From the NCBI GenBank assembly GCA_964607595.1, contig CAZSLT010000001.1, forward strand, positions 1 through 48,758: DNA of 48,758 bases. Direction: 5' to 3'. This document shows, in pieces, positions 9,191 through 18,809 of this stretch (positions are counted from its first letter, which is position 1; every line of letters begins with the position of its first letter). A model generated the notes under the pieces. That model did not search any database and was not told the origin of the DNA. It worked only from the letters and a program-made list of their open reading frames with translations. Made by a program: the position numbers and the translations under genes. This stretch comes from an uncultured Phycisphaeraceae bacterium (GTDB lineage: Bacteria; Planctomycetota; Phycisphaerae; Phycisphaerales; UBA1924).

Positions 9191-10708
9191 ATGAACCTCA
9201 CCACATTTCTGGACCACTGGGCGATCGTGGAGAACCCGTTCCGGGCCGAAGAGGCGCGGCACGACTCGGTGTTCGCGCGCCTCGGCTCGGGCACCACGAC
9301 GCACCCGGATTTCGAGAAGATCCTCGGGGACCCGGCCCGCCCATCCACCGCGATCGTGTTCGGCGAGAAGGGCTCGGGCAAGACCGCGATCCGGCTGCAG
9401 ATCGCCGATCGGGTGCGACGCCACAACGAGTCAACGCCATCCGAGCGCGTGCTGCTGGTCGCCTACGACGACCTGAACCCGTTCCTTGACCGCATCGCCG
9501 AGCGGAGCGGTCTGGTCGCCGGCGCGGCGACACCGGGGGAGTTGCTGCGTGTGCTCGAAGGGATCCGGCTGGTCGATCACATCGACGGCATCCTCCATGT
9601 CGCGGTCACACCGCTGGTCGATGCGCTGATGTCGCCCGGAGCGCGGGAGATGCATCAGCGCGCCCGTTCGGCGCCCATCGAGGCCCGGCGAGACCTGTAC
9701 CTGCTGGCGGCGATGTACGACCTGTCCGGCGACACGCGCCTGCGGATGAAGACGCTCCGCAAGCGGCTCCGGCTGCGCCGGAACACCTCGGCGATGTGGT
9801 GGCGTGCGGCGTGCGTGCTGGGCTGGATCCTCCCGGCCGCGGTCGCGTACGCGCATTTCAAGTGGACGCCCGATCCCCTGCCCGCGCGGGCGGTGATGTA
9901 CGCGTACGGCGCGGCGATCGTGCTCTGGGCGATCCCGCTCTTCAAGTGGGCGTTCTGGGACCGGTGGGCGATCATGCGCCTGGGCAGGCGGCTGGCCCGG
10001 CAGCTCCGCAGCGCGCCCCGCGGCGCCGAGGGGCTGGCGTCGGCCATGGAGATGGTCCATCCGCGCGATCGCGATCGCTCGGCGTTGCCGCTCACCGACT
10101 CCGACGACACCCGGTACGCGCTGCTGGGCAAACTGCGACTCGCGGCCGCGGGCCTGGGGTTCCCGGGTGTCCTGGTCCTGATGGACCGGCTGGACGAGCC
10201 GACGCTGGTCTCGGGCGACCCCGCGCGGATGCGCGCGGTGGTCTGGCCGATGCTCAACAACAAGTTCCTCCAGCAGGAGGGCATCGGGTTCAAACTGCTG
10301 ATGCCGATCGAGCTTCGCCACGAACTGTTCCGCGAGCGGGCGGGCTTCTTCCAGGAAGCGCGGCTGGACAAGCAGAACATGATCGAGCGGCTGGCGTGGA
10401 CGGGCGCGACGCTCTACGACCTGTGCAACGCGCGGCTGCACGCGTGCCGCGCCGCCGAAGCGCCGGCGATGAGCGTGTCGGACCTCTTTGACGAGGATGT
10501 GACGCGGGCCGACATCGTCGATGCGCTCGAGCAGATGCGCCAGCCGCGGGACGCCTTCAAGCTGCTCTACCACTGCATGCTCGAGCACTGCTCCAACACG
10601 CCCGAGGAGCAGGCGCGCTGGCGGATCCCGAAGCTGACGCTGGACTCGGTCCGCCGCCAGCAGGCCGAGCGAGTCGACATGTTCTACCGGGGCGTGCGCC
10701 CGGCCTAG
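9191..10708 (+). CDS. Membrane-inserted P-loop NTPase, KAP-family-like (function unknown)
   Basis: Walker A GEKGSGKT (aa 58-65). Two strongly hydrophobic helices follow (about aa 201-222 and 234-256). Only after them comes a Walker-B-like VLVLMDRLDEP (aa 327-337). It lies 22 nt downstream of the mutase gene. Confidence 0.55.
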   Translation: MNLTTFLDHWAIVENPFRAEEARHDSVFARLGSGTTTHPDFEKILGDPARPSTAIVFGEKGSGKTAIRLQIADRVRRHNESTPSERVLLVAYDDLNPFLDRIAERSGLVAGAATPGELLRVLEGIRLVDHIDGILHVAVTPLVDALMSPGAREMHQRARSAPIEARRDLYLLAAMYDLSGDTRLRMKTLRKRLRLRRNTSAMWWRAACVLGWILPAAVAYAHFKWTPDPLPARAVMYAYGAAIVLWAIPLFKWAFWDRWAIMRLGRRLARQLRSAPRGAEGLASAMEMVHPRDRDRSALPLTDSDDTRYALLGKLRLAAAGLGFPGVLVLMDRLDEPTLVSGDPARMRAVVWPMLNNKFLQQEGIGFKLLMPIELRHELFRERAGFFQEARLDKQNMIERLAWTGATLYDLCNARLHACRAAEAPAMSVSDLFDEDVTRADIVDALEQMRQPRDAFKLLYHCMLEHCSNTPEEQARWRIPKLTLDSVRRQQAERVDMFYRGVRPA

Positions 10709-10712
10709 CGCC

Positions 10713-11576
10713 TCACTCGCCGGGGATGTACGAGATCACGCCCTCCCACGGGCTGGACGCGCTGGCGTACAGCCGTCTGGGAATCCGCCCGGCCAGGTAC
10801 GATTGCCTCCCGGCGATACAGGCGTGGCGCATCGCGTGGGCCATCATCACCGCGTCATTCGCGTGCGCGATGGCGGTGTTGAGCAGCACGGCGTCCGACC
10901 CAAGCTCCATCGCCACCGAGACATCCGAGGCGCTGCCCACGCCGGCGTCCAGAACGACTGGGTACGCCGGGTCGCCGTCTTTGAGGGCGTCGAGGCAGAG
11001 CACGATGTTGTTGCGGTTGAGCACGCCCTGGCCCGAGCCGATGGGGGAGCCGGCGGGCATGACGCTGGCGGCGCCCGCGTCCTTGAGCCGTCGAGCGATG
11101 ATCGGGTCGTCGCTGGAATAGCAGAGCACCTCGAATCCGTCGGCCACGAGCCGACCGCAGGCCTCGAGAGTGCCGACAGGGTCGGGCAGCAGCGTTTTCT
11201 TGTCGCCGAGTACCTCGAGCTTGACCCACGATGCGCCAGGGTTGCCGATCTGATCGAGGATCTCGCGCCCCAGCCGCGCGACGCGGACGGCGTCCTCGGC
11301 GGTGAAGCAGCCCGCGGTGTTGGGCAGGATGGTGTAGCGCGAGGTGTCGATGAACTCGAGCAGGGACTGGCCGCGATCATTCACGAGCCGTTCGCGCCGG
11401 ACCGCGACCGTGACGACCTCCGCACCCGAGGCGTCGAGCGCCCTTTGCATGGTCGGGTAGTCGGCGTACTTGCCGGTGCCGACGATGAGCCGGGAAGTGA
11501 ATGACCGTCCGGCGATGCGGAAGGGGGCGGTCCCGGATTCGGCGGCGGTCGTCGTGGTCGTGGGAGTCGTGGTCAT
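10713..11576 (-). CDS. thiG: Thiazole synthase ThiG
   Basis: ...LIVGTGKY..., WVKLEVLGD (Schiff-base Lys context), [20 protein letters not shown] 11576 was chosen (MTTTPTTTT...); the upstream part of ORF 10713..11798 overlaps thiS out of frame. Confidence 0.9.
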   Translation of the reverse strand: MTTTPTTTTTAAESGTAPFRIAGRSFTSRLIVGTGKYADYPTMQRALDASGAEVVTVAVRRERLVNDRGQSLLEFIDTSRYTILPNTAGCFTAEDAVRVARLGREILDQIGNPGASWVKLEVLGDKKTLLPDPVGTLEACGRLVADGFEVLCYSSDDPIIARRLKDAGAASVMPAGSPIGSGQGVLNRNNIVLCLDALKDGDPAYPVVLDAGVGSASDVSVAMELGSDAVLLNTAIAHANDAVMMAHAMRHACIAGRQSYLAGRIPRRLYASASSPWEGVISYIPGE

Positions 11577-11601
11577 GGGGTGTTCGCGAGCGTGATAAGG
11601 G

Positions 11602-11802
11602 TCAGCCGCCGCCGACGAGCGTGACGATCTCGACCCGGTCGCCGTCGCGGAGGGTGTGCTCGTCGTGGCGTTTGCGGGGGACGATGGACTTGTTGACCTC
11701 GACGGCGCAGGGGACACCGGCGAGCTTGTGGAGTTCGAGCAGGCGCGCGACCGAGGCGCGGTCTTCGATGGTTTCGGGCTGCCCGTTGACGGTGACAATC
11801 AT
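11602..11802 (-). CDS. thiS: Sulfur-carrier protein ThiS
   Basis: 66 aa ending ...[10 protein letters not shown] (the C-terminal Gly-Gly of ThiS/MoaD-fold carriers). It sits 25 nt upstream of thiG. Confidence 0.85.
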   Translation of the reverse strand: MIVTVNGQPETIEDRASVARLLELHKLAGVPCAVEVNKSIVPRKRHDEHTLRDGDRVEIVTLVGGG

Positions 11803-11819
11803 GGCCCGATTGTAGGTCG

Positions 11820-13679
11820 TCAGGCGCGTCGGGGCATCATGCGGACCCGCGCGGCCGTCGCCGCCACGGCCAGGGTCGAGAGGGCCATCGCGACGGCGCA
11901 GGAGCCGACGACCAGGGCCATGAACGCCTGCGGGCTCATCTCGTGGTTCATAAAGCTGTACTCGTCCCGGCCGTTGAAGGCCGAACCAAACAGGGCGTCG
12001 TGCTCGAGTCCTCCCTGGAGCGACTCGAACGCCATGTAGGGCGGATTGATCAGGACGAGCGCCTTGAACGCGTAGTACTGGTCGGTCTCGATCTCAAAGA
12101 TACCGCCGAAGAAGATAAGGACGAACAACGGGGCGGCCAGCCACAGTCCCGCGGCCGACACCAGGTTCGCAACGCTCGCGGCGATCGGCTTGCGGAACAT
12201 CGAGCTCCAGAACAGCCCCATCGATGCCAGGAACACCGACCACGACCCCATGAGCATCAGCAGTTCAATCGTGGTGTACCAGCGCACCGATCCTAGCAGC
12301 GAGAAGATGACGAAGTGCGCGCCGAGCAATAGGGGGATCGGCGACAACCGGGCAAGCCCGGCCATGAGCTTGCCCATAACGATGCGCCACGCCGGGATAG
12401 GCGTCGCCAGCAGAACATCCCAGGTGCGCTTCTGCCGCTCCGAACTGATGCGCGATGTCGTGATGACAATCGCCATAAGCATCTGCGCCAAGCCGAGAAG
12501 AAAGAAGATGATGGTGTGCAGCGTGCTCCACTCCCGGTCCGCCCACGCCGTGTAGTACACCCAGCCGAGGAACCCGATCACGAGCACAATGAGCACGCCC
12601 GCGGCCCACTTGTTGCCGACCCAGCGCGTCCGCATCTCCAGCCAGAAGATCGGATCGTTGCTCACCATCCGGGAGGCGCGTGAGCGTTCCTCAACAGCCG
12701 CGCCGGGCGTCACATCTGGAGTGGATTGTCGGCGGGGCTTCTTGACCCGGCGATCGGGCCGGACCGACCCACGCATCTCGGCGCGCATCGACCGCCGGGT
12801 GAGCGACACACCCAGCAGGCAGATGAGCAGCCCGACGAGGACGGTCACGCCCGAGGCGCTGATCCACGCCAGACGCGGGTCCATCGGCAGCGGCGCGCCG
12901 GAGCCCGCCATGCTGTTGATGAACAGTGCGATCGCCGGGCTGATGTGCGCCAGGATTCCAATGGTCCGCAGCGAGATGGGGCCGGGGCCGGCCGCGAATC
13001 CCGTGAGCACGGCGAACAGCAGCATCAAGAGCATCGGGCCCACGAGGTACATCCCCGTGATGACCTCGGCCAGCACCATGACCGACCACGGGCGCTTGTT
13101 GACGATCGAGAGGAGCAGGCCGACGGACGCCGCGAAGAATGCGGTCGAGAGCGTGACCGCGGCACCCGCGATCACGGCCTCGGTCTCCAGGCCGCCGAGC
13201 AGCCGGAGCAGCAGGAGGGCGGGAATCGAGAGGAGCACGAGGATGAACACCTGCATCATCCGGCTGCTGAGCTTGCCGAAGACGATCTGCGCGGCGCTCA
13301 TGGGGGTGGTCATCAGGGCCGCGAGCGTGCGGTTCGACTGCTCCTCGCTGATGCACGCCGCGGTGAGGGCGGGGGCGATCAGTGTGACGACGATGAACTG
13401 CAACCAGACGATGAACCAGGCGAGTTGCGGCCCGGCGCCCTGCATCCCCTGAAGCCGCTCGGCGGGGCCCCGGTGCTCCAACCCCGACCAGTGACCCCAC
13501 AGAAAGAGCGTGACGACGACCGCGATCAGCAGCGCAAAGAGGCCGCGCATCCAGTAGGTGGAAGCGCGCCGGCCGGAGACGATGGTCTCCTTGGCGAAGA
13601 CCGGGCCGAAGAGCGCCCGGTCCGGGCGGACGGCGCGCCAGAATCGTCCGGCAAGGTGACTGGACGAGGCGTCGCTCAT
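11820..13679 (-). CDS. ABC-2-type transporter permease, duplicated (about 12 TM helices)
   Basis: 619 aa, almost entirely hydrophobic helices in two halves separated by a basic loop (RRVKKPRRQ). Its ATG overlaps the stop of the upstream ABC ATPase (ATGA). Confidence 0.7.
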   Translation of the reverse strand: MSDASSSHLAGRFWRAVRPDRALFGPVFAKETIVSGRRASTYWMRGLFALLIAVVVTLFLWGHWSGLEHRGPAERLQGMQGAGPQLAWFIVWLQFIVVTLIAPALTAACISEEQSNRTLAALMTTPMSAAQIVFGKLSSRMMQVFILVLLSIPALLLLRLLGGLETEAVIAGAAVTLSTAFFAASVGLLLSIVNKRPWSVMVLAEVITGMYLVGPMLLMLLFAVLTGFAAGPGPISLRTIGILAHISPAIALFINSMAGSGAPLPMDPRLAWISASGVTVLVGLLICLLGVSLTRRSMRAEMRGSVRPDRRVKKPRRQSTPDVTPGAAVEERSRASRMVSNDPIFWLEMRTRWVGNKWAAGVLIVLVIGFLGWVYYTAWADREWSTLHTIIFFLLGLAQMLMAIVITTSRISSERQKRTWDVLLATPIPAWRIVMGKLMAGLARLSPIPLLLGAHFVIFSLLGSVRWYTTIELLMLMGSWSVFLASMGLFWSSMFRKPIAASVANLVSAAGLWLAAPLFVLIFFGGIFEIETDQYYAFKALVLINPPYMAFESLQGGLEHDALFGSAFNGRDEYSFMNHEMSPQAFMALVVGSCAVAMALSTLAVAATAARVRMMPRRA

Positions 13680-14593
13680 TGCACCTTGCCCTGTGTGAGG
13701 CGGAGGAACACATCCTCGAGCTTGGTCGAGATGGGCCGGAAGGCGTCGATGCGCTGCCCAGCGTGGACGAGCCGCGCGATCAGATCGTGATGGCCATTCC
13801 CGCCGGGCAGGAGATCGACCAGCAGCTCGCCGTTCTCGCGCCGGACCTCCGCGACCCGCTCAATTCCACGCAGCACGCGTTCGGCGTGGTCGGAGTCGCC
13901 CTCGATCCGGATCGCGATGCGCTCGCCCACGCCCGCCTGGCGGAACGCCTCGTCGAGGGAGCCGGAGTACAGGAGCCGGCCGCGCTCGATGATGCCGATG
14001 CTGGTACACATCTCGTGGAGCTCCGAGAGAATGTGCGACGAGACGATGATCGTCTTGCCCATCGTGCGGAGTTCGACGAGCAACGAACGCATCTCGATCC
14101 GGGCCCGCGGGTCGAGCCCGGAGGCGGGCTCGTCGAGCAGCAGCACCTTGGGATCATGGATGAGGACGCGCGCCACGCCGAGTCGCTGTTGCATGCCCCG
14201 GGAGAGGCCGTCGACCATGGAGTCCCGCTTCTCGGTGAGGTCCGTGAGCTCCAGCACGCCGTCCACGAGCGCGCGGCGCTTGGAGCGGGGGACCTCGAAC
14301 GCCGCGGCGAAGAACTGGAGGTACTCATCGACGGTCAGGTCGTCGTAGACACCCAGGAAGTCGGGCATGTAGCCGACGACGCGCCGGATGTGCGAGGCGT
14401 GGGCGCGGACATCCCGCCCGTCCACGCTCGCCGAGCCCGAGTCGGCGCGGATGAGACACGCCAGGACCTTCATGGTGGTGGATTTGCCGGCGCCGTTGGG
14501 GCCGATGAAGCCGTAGACCTCGCCGGGCGGGAGGGAGAGCGTCAGGTTGTCCAGCGCTGTGAGCTTGCCGTAGCGGACGGTGACGCCCTTCAT
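13676..14593 (-). CDS. ABC transporter ATP-binding protein (ABC-2/DrrA-like exporter type)
   Basis: Walker A GPNGAGKST, signature LSRGMQQR, Walker B LLLDEPASGLD, H-loop SSHIL. Start ATG 14593 (MKGVTVRYGK). GTG 14602 would instead give a GTGA overlap with the upstream gene. Confidence 0.9.
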   Translation of the reverse strand: MKGVTVRYGKLTALDNLTLSLPPGEVYGFIGPNGAGKSTTMKVLACLIRADSGSASVDGRDVRAHASHIRRVVGYMPDFLGVYDDLTVDEYLQFFAAAFEVPRSKRRALVDGVLELTDLTEKRDSMVDGLSRGMQQRLGVARVLIHDPKVLLLDEPASGLDPRARIEMRSLLVELRTMGKTIIVSSHILSELHEMCTSIGIIERGRLLYSGSLDEAFRQAGVGERIAIRIEGDSDHAERVLRGIERVAEVRRENGELLVDLLPGGNGHHDLIARLVHAGQRIDAFRPISTKLEDVFLRLTQGKVQ

Positions 14594-14598
14594 CTCGA

Positions 14599-16689
14599 TC
14601 ACGGTCGATTCTCCTGCGTCACCACGGGGATCAGCATCCGTACAACCTCGGTGCGCGGACGCCGGTCGGACTCGGCTTCGCCGCCGAGCGTGACCGAGAC
14701 ATCCGACGGCTGGTCGACCAGCGTGGCGTACACCACCGCGAGCGAAGGCGAGCCGACGGCGCGCTCGATCGCGTGGGCGCGGCGAGAAGCGCCGGGCAGC
14801 CAGAGCGCGGGCGACATCAGATCGGCGCCATGATCCGCCTCGACGTGCGGCCAATACTCGGCGCCAGAGAGGCCCAGCCCGTACCGGTCGGCGAGCGAGT
14901 GATCGGAGTGGTCGAGCGTCCACACACCGCCCGCGTCGTGCGTCGCGGCGTAAGAGCGGGCGTCATGCGAGACGAGCACGCCCCGCGCCTCGGCGGGGAT
15001 CCCCTCGAGTTCAAGTCGCTCCGGCCTGCCCCGTTCGTTCAGGACAAGCCGCCCTGAGGTCGAGGGGACGACCCGCGACTCATCCATCAGGAAGTTGAGC
15101 GTCCACACACCCATCGGCAGCATGGTGGGCGTGGACCCGCGACGCTGGTCGGTGTAGAGCGTGATCGAACTGACGGGCCTCGAGTCCCACAGGTTGCGCG
15201 AGGTCGACGCCCGCGACCACCACGCGCGGGGGTCGGCCCCCTCGACGGATCGCGCCCCGGTGCGACCGGCGAAGAAGGAGACCAGCCCGGAACGCGAGGC
15301 ATGCCCATCCAGAGTGTTGATGTCCGTGGCCACAAGCCGGTGCTGCTCGCTGTCGGAAGCGCGGAGCAGGCGCGGGGCGATGTAACCCGCCCCCGCGACG
15401 ACGCCGATCCACACCAGCGCCGACAGCCACGCGTACCGAGTCAGCCGCAGCCGGCGCAGGACGAGCCGGTCCACCGGGCCGACAAGCAGCGCCAGCGTGA
15501 TCAGCACGCCGCCGAACGGGAGAATCGGAAAATCGGATCGCAGACCCATCCCCGCGGCCGCAATGTTCAGAACGCTGTCGGTCGCTCGTCTCCGCTCGCT
15601 CGCCATCGAGTTCCACGGATCGACTCTTACGGGCCATTCACTGCTCATCGAAACGCTCAGCACTTCCCGCCACAGGGCCCCGGGTTCGCCCCACGGGTAG
15701 ATGTCAATGGGGTCATCGACGATGAGTGTGACCCACCCCCCGCCGAGAATGCCCTCAGCGATCGCGCCGACACCCCGAGCGCCCGGCTCGTCGGTGCGCA
15801 TCCCGGCGCCGGCCGGCGGCTCCAGATCCCGGATCGTCCAGCCGCGAAACTCACCCTCCGTGGTCAACCCAAACTTCACGCGGCCCTCGGTCGGACCGGG
15901 GATCAATTCCACGGTCATCTCTCCGAGCAGCCAGCCGAGGTCGGCGCGTGCCGCGTCCACGAGGAGGACAATCGATCCGCCCGCCGCGACCCATTCGGCG
16001 AGCGCCGATCGCTGCGCACCGTCGAGCCGGAGTGCCGCGTCAGGGGTGAGCACGACGGTCTCCCACGCGTCGTAGGCCATCCAGACCGTCGGCAGACTCT
16101 CGGGCAGGTCGTATCCCACCGACACCATGCTCCATCGCTCATCCGCGCCGGGGCCGAATGCCCACGAGTCGTGCGCGCGCCGCAGCGACATCGTTCCCAC
16201 GGCCAGAACGGTCTTCGAGTTCGCTCCAAGCGGGGTCGCGTTGAAGGGGACGGTGTTGCCGCGGCCGTCGGCGGTGAACTCGGCGGCGCGGAAGCGCCTG
16301 CCGCGGTTGTCGAGGAGCTCGATCGAGACTCGCCGGCGGTCATCGCCGTAGTTCTGCACCGCGTTCAAGGGGACGGCCAGGTCGACAAAGGTCGTCTTGC
16401 CGGGCGTCGCGCCGAAGGGCGCGGTCGCGACCAATTCGGTGCTGGCGCCGCTTTCGACGGCGACGCGGATCATTCCATCAAACGGAACAGCGCCGCCGGA
16501 GACCTCGATGCGGACGGCGTTCCACCGCTCGGGCATCATCAAACGGCCAAGCCCGAAGATCGCCGTGAAGTTGGGGCGCGGGTCGTCGGGCGCGGGTGGG
16601 CTCTGGCCCGCGGTGATCCGCACGCACAGCAGCACCAGGATCGCGGCCAGAGTCTTCGTGAGGACCGAAGCACAACGTGCGCCGATCAC
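14599..16689 (-). CDS. Hypothetical secreted/membrane protein of the MoxR-VWA cluster (696 aa)
   Basis: GTG 16689 overlaps the stop of the upstream VWA gene (GTGA) and opens a signal-peptide-like LTKTLAAILVLLCVRITAG. There are internal TM helices (FPILPFGGVLITLALLVGP, YAWLSALVWIGVVAGAGYI). I recognised no catalytic motif. Confidence 0.6.
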   Translation of the reverse strand: MIGARCASVLTKTLAAILVLLCVRITAGQSPPAPDDPRPNFTAIFGLGRLMMPERWNAVRIEVSGGAVPFDGMIRVAVESGASTELVATAPFGATPGKTTFVDLAVPLNAVQNYGDDRRRVSIELLDNRGRRFRAAEFTADGRGNTVPFNATPLGANSKTVLAVGTMSLRRAHDSWAFGPGADERWSMVSVGYDLPESLPTVWMAYDAWETVVLTPDAALRLDGAQRSALAEWVAAGGSIVLLVDAARADLGWLLGEMTVELIPGPTEGRVKFGLTTEGEFRGWTIRDLEPPAGAGMRTDEPGARGVGAIAEGILGGGWVTLIVDDPIDIYPWGEPGALWREVLSVSMSSEWPVRVDPWNSMASERRRATDSVLNIAAAGMGLRSDFPILPFGGVLITLALLVGPVDRLVLRRLRLTRYAWLSALVWIGVVAGAGYIAPRLLRASDSEQHRLVATDINTLDGHASRSGLVSFFAGRTGARSVEGADPRAWWSRASTSRNLWDSRPVSSITLYTDQRRGSTPTMLPMGVWTLNFLMDESRVVPSTSGRLVLNERGRPERLELEGIPAEARGVLVSHDARSYAATHDAGGVWTLDHSDHSLADRYGLGLSGAEYWPHVEADHGADLMSPALWLPGASRRAHAIERAVGSPSLAVVYATLVDQPSDVSVTLGGEAESDRRPRTEVVRMLIPVVTQENRP

Positions 16690-18809
16690 AGATGGACCTT
16701 TCGGTTGTAGACGAACCACTCGAGCATCAGCACACCGATCGCGCCCAGTAGAATCCACGGCCAGAGCCGACGCTGGCGCTTCTCCGGGGTGTTGTTGGCA
16801 TTCGAGGCCGTCACCTTTCCGGTCGGCAGGGTCAATTGTGTCTCGGTGGCGATCCGGGACTCCTCCGCGTCGGCGAGATTTACCGCGATCGTCCGCGTGG
16901 GCCGGCCGTTGATCACGGGGTCCTGCGGGCCGGGCTGGCCCGCCCATGACAGGGTGTACAGCCCGACGGTCTCGATCGGACCAAAGCTGACGCGCCCGTC
17001 GGCCCCGGCGCGGAGCGTCACCTCGGCCCCGTCGGGGGAACGAAGACGCGCCTCGCCGACGCCGTCGGGCAAACGCTCGGTGAGAATCTGGCCGGGTTGG
17101 AGCGCCGCGGCCCCCGTCGACCCGCCCTCGTCGCCGAGGAAACGGATCGCCTGCCCCAGGAACACGATGAACCCGGCGTCCAGCGGCCAGGTCGAACGGG
17201 TGACATCAAAGGTGACGACGAGCGCGTGCGCCGATCCGCGGGATGCATCGACGATCGCCGGCCCCGCGCCGGAAGTCGCCAGCACGGTGACATCGCGCGT
17301 CGCCTCGACGACCGGCGCGTTTCCGATGACCAGCGACGACAGCGAGACAAACCGCAGGGCCGGGTGATCGCGGTCCCAGTCGACGATGCCGGTCGTCTTG
17401 AGCGTCTGCGACGACGGTGTCAGCCCCGTGATGTCGGGTGTCTTGCCGATAATGAGGTAATTGCCCGGCGGGAGTTGTCCCGTGCCGCGTTCCGCCGACT
17501 CCGCGGCGTCCCCGTCCGCCGGCGCGTCCGCGGAAGCGGAGGGGGTGGGGGGAGTAGGGGGGGCGGGGATCAGGTCGGGGAGCCAGTTGTCCAGCACATA
17601 GACATCGTGGTCGGACAGTTGCCCGGCATCGCGGAGGCGCAGAAAGTCGGCGCTGGTGATCGTCGTGACCTCCGAAACCCCGATCGCGCCGATCGCGGAC
17701 TTCAGGAAGTAGTTCCCCGAGGTGACCAGCGCCACCGAGAGCCGCTTGGCCGGCGGGATGATCAGCCGCGCCGTGTTGTCGGACACCAGCGCGTCGTTCG
17801 ATGGGATGCGCACCGTGATGATCGCGGCCTCGGTGCGGTCCAGCGCGAAGACCACGCCCCCACGCCCCGGCTCCGCCTCCGTGGCCGCGGGAAGCGTCGC
17901 GGACTTGACCATGCCGATCGCGCCGTCGATGCCGAACTCGACATCCACCGTCCGCCGATCGGTGTCGGTGCTCTGGAGCCCGACAAACACACTGATGCGC
18001 TCGGGGCGGTCGTAGGAGCGTTCGGCCCCAAGCGCGGTGATGGCGACATTGGCCAGCGCATCGGCGGCCCCGCCGACCGTCGTATAGCGGAACTCGGACT
18101 CGGGGTGCTTCTCGACCGCGTCGAGGTGCCCGATCGCGCCGTCGGAAAAGAGGGCTACCGGCGCGCCCGGCAGGTACTGCGCATCATCGCGCCCGGTGCC
18201 GGTCTCGATCTTGATCGTCGACGGCTTGATGAACGGCCCGGCGACGCGCATGACATCGGTGAAGTCGGTGGGTTCGTCGGTCGGTTCGATCGAGCGGATC
18301 GCCTCCTCCAGCCGGGCCTTGCTCGCGGTGTAGGGCTGGACGATCTCGGCGTTCTGCGCGAAGGCGACGACCATCGCCTGATCGCCCCCCTTGGGATTGA
18401 GCACGCCGCCGTCGCGCATGGCCGCGACGACCTTGATCGCCTCGTCCTTGGCCTTCTCCAGCCGGGTGACGGTCCGGCCGTCGATGGTCTCATCGGTCGC
18501 GGACATGCTCGCCGAGCGGTCGATGATGATGACGGTGCGGTTGGCGGGCGGCGAGGCGCCGGTCATCTGCGGCTGGGCGATCGCGACGAGCGCCGCGCCC
18601 AGCGCCAGCAGTTGCAACAGCAGGAGGATGTTCCGGCGGAGCTTCTGGAACGGGGCGTTGGCCTGGATGTCCTGGATGGTCTTCTTCCACAGCAGCGTCG
18701 TGGAGACTTCCATGTCGCGCCGGCGCAGTTTGAGGAAGTACAGGATCAGCAGCGACGGCACCGCGATCGCCGCGGCGATGCCCGCGAGCCCGGGGGTGAG
18801 CCAGTTCAT
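16686..18809 (-). CDS. BatA-type N-terminal double-TM + von Willebrand factor A domain protein
   Basis: The N-terminus MNWLTPGLAGIAAAIAVPSLLILYFLKLRRRDMEVSTTLLW matches the aerotolerance-regulator (BatA) N-terminal domain. MIDAS motif IIIDRSASMS. C-terminal TM helix. Its ATG overlaps the DUF58 stop. Confidence 0.8.
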   Translation of the reverse strand: MNWLTPGLAGIAAAIAVPSLLILYFLKLRRRDMEVSTTLLWKKTIQDIQANAPFQKLRRNILLLLQLLALGAALVAIAQPQMTGASPPANRTVIIIDRSASMSATDETIDGRTVTRLEKAKDEAIKVVAAMRDGGVLNPKGGDQAMVVAFAQNAEIVQPYTASKARLEEAIRSIEPTDEPTDFTDVMRVAGPFIKPSTIKIETGTGRDDAQYLPGAPVALFSDGAIGHLDAVEKHPESEFRYTTVGGAADALANVAITALGAERSYDRPERISVFVGLQSTDTDRRTVDVEFGIDGAIGMVKSATLPAATEAEPGRGGVVFALDRTEAAIITVRIPSNDALVSDNTARLIIPPAKRLSVALVTSGNYFLKSAIGAIGVSEVTTITSADFLRLRDAGQLSDHDVYVLDNWLPDLIPAPPTPPTPSASADAPADGDAAESAERGTGQLPPGNYLIIGKTPDITGLTPSSQTLKTTGIVDWDRDHPALRFVSLSSLVIGNAPVVEATRDVTVLATSGAGPAIVDASRGSAHALVVTFDVTRSTWPLDAGFIVFLGQAIRFLGDEGGSTGAAALQPGQILTERLPDGVGEARLRSPDGAEVTLRAGADGRVSFGPIETVGLYTLSWAGQPGPQDPVINGRPTRTIAVNLADAEESRIATETQLTLPTGKVTASNANNTPEKRQRRLWPWILLGAIGVLMLEWFVYNRKVHL

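Noticed and set aside
11803-11819. An expected TPP riboswitch upstream of thiS.
   Set aside because: Only 17 nt are available between the permease stop and the thiS start, which is far too short for the riboswitch. The implication is noted as a finding instead.
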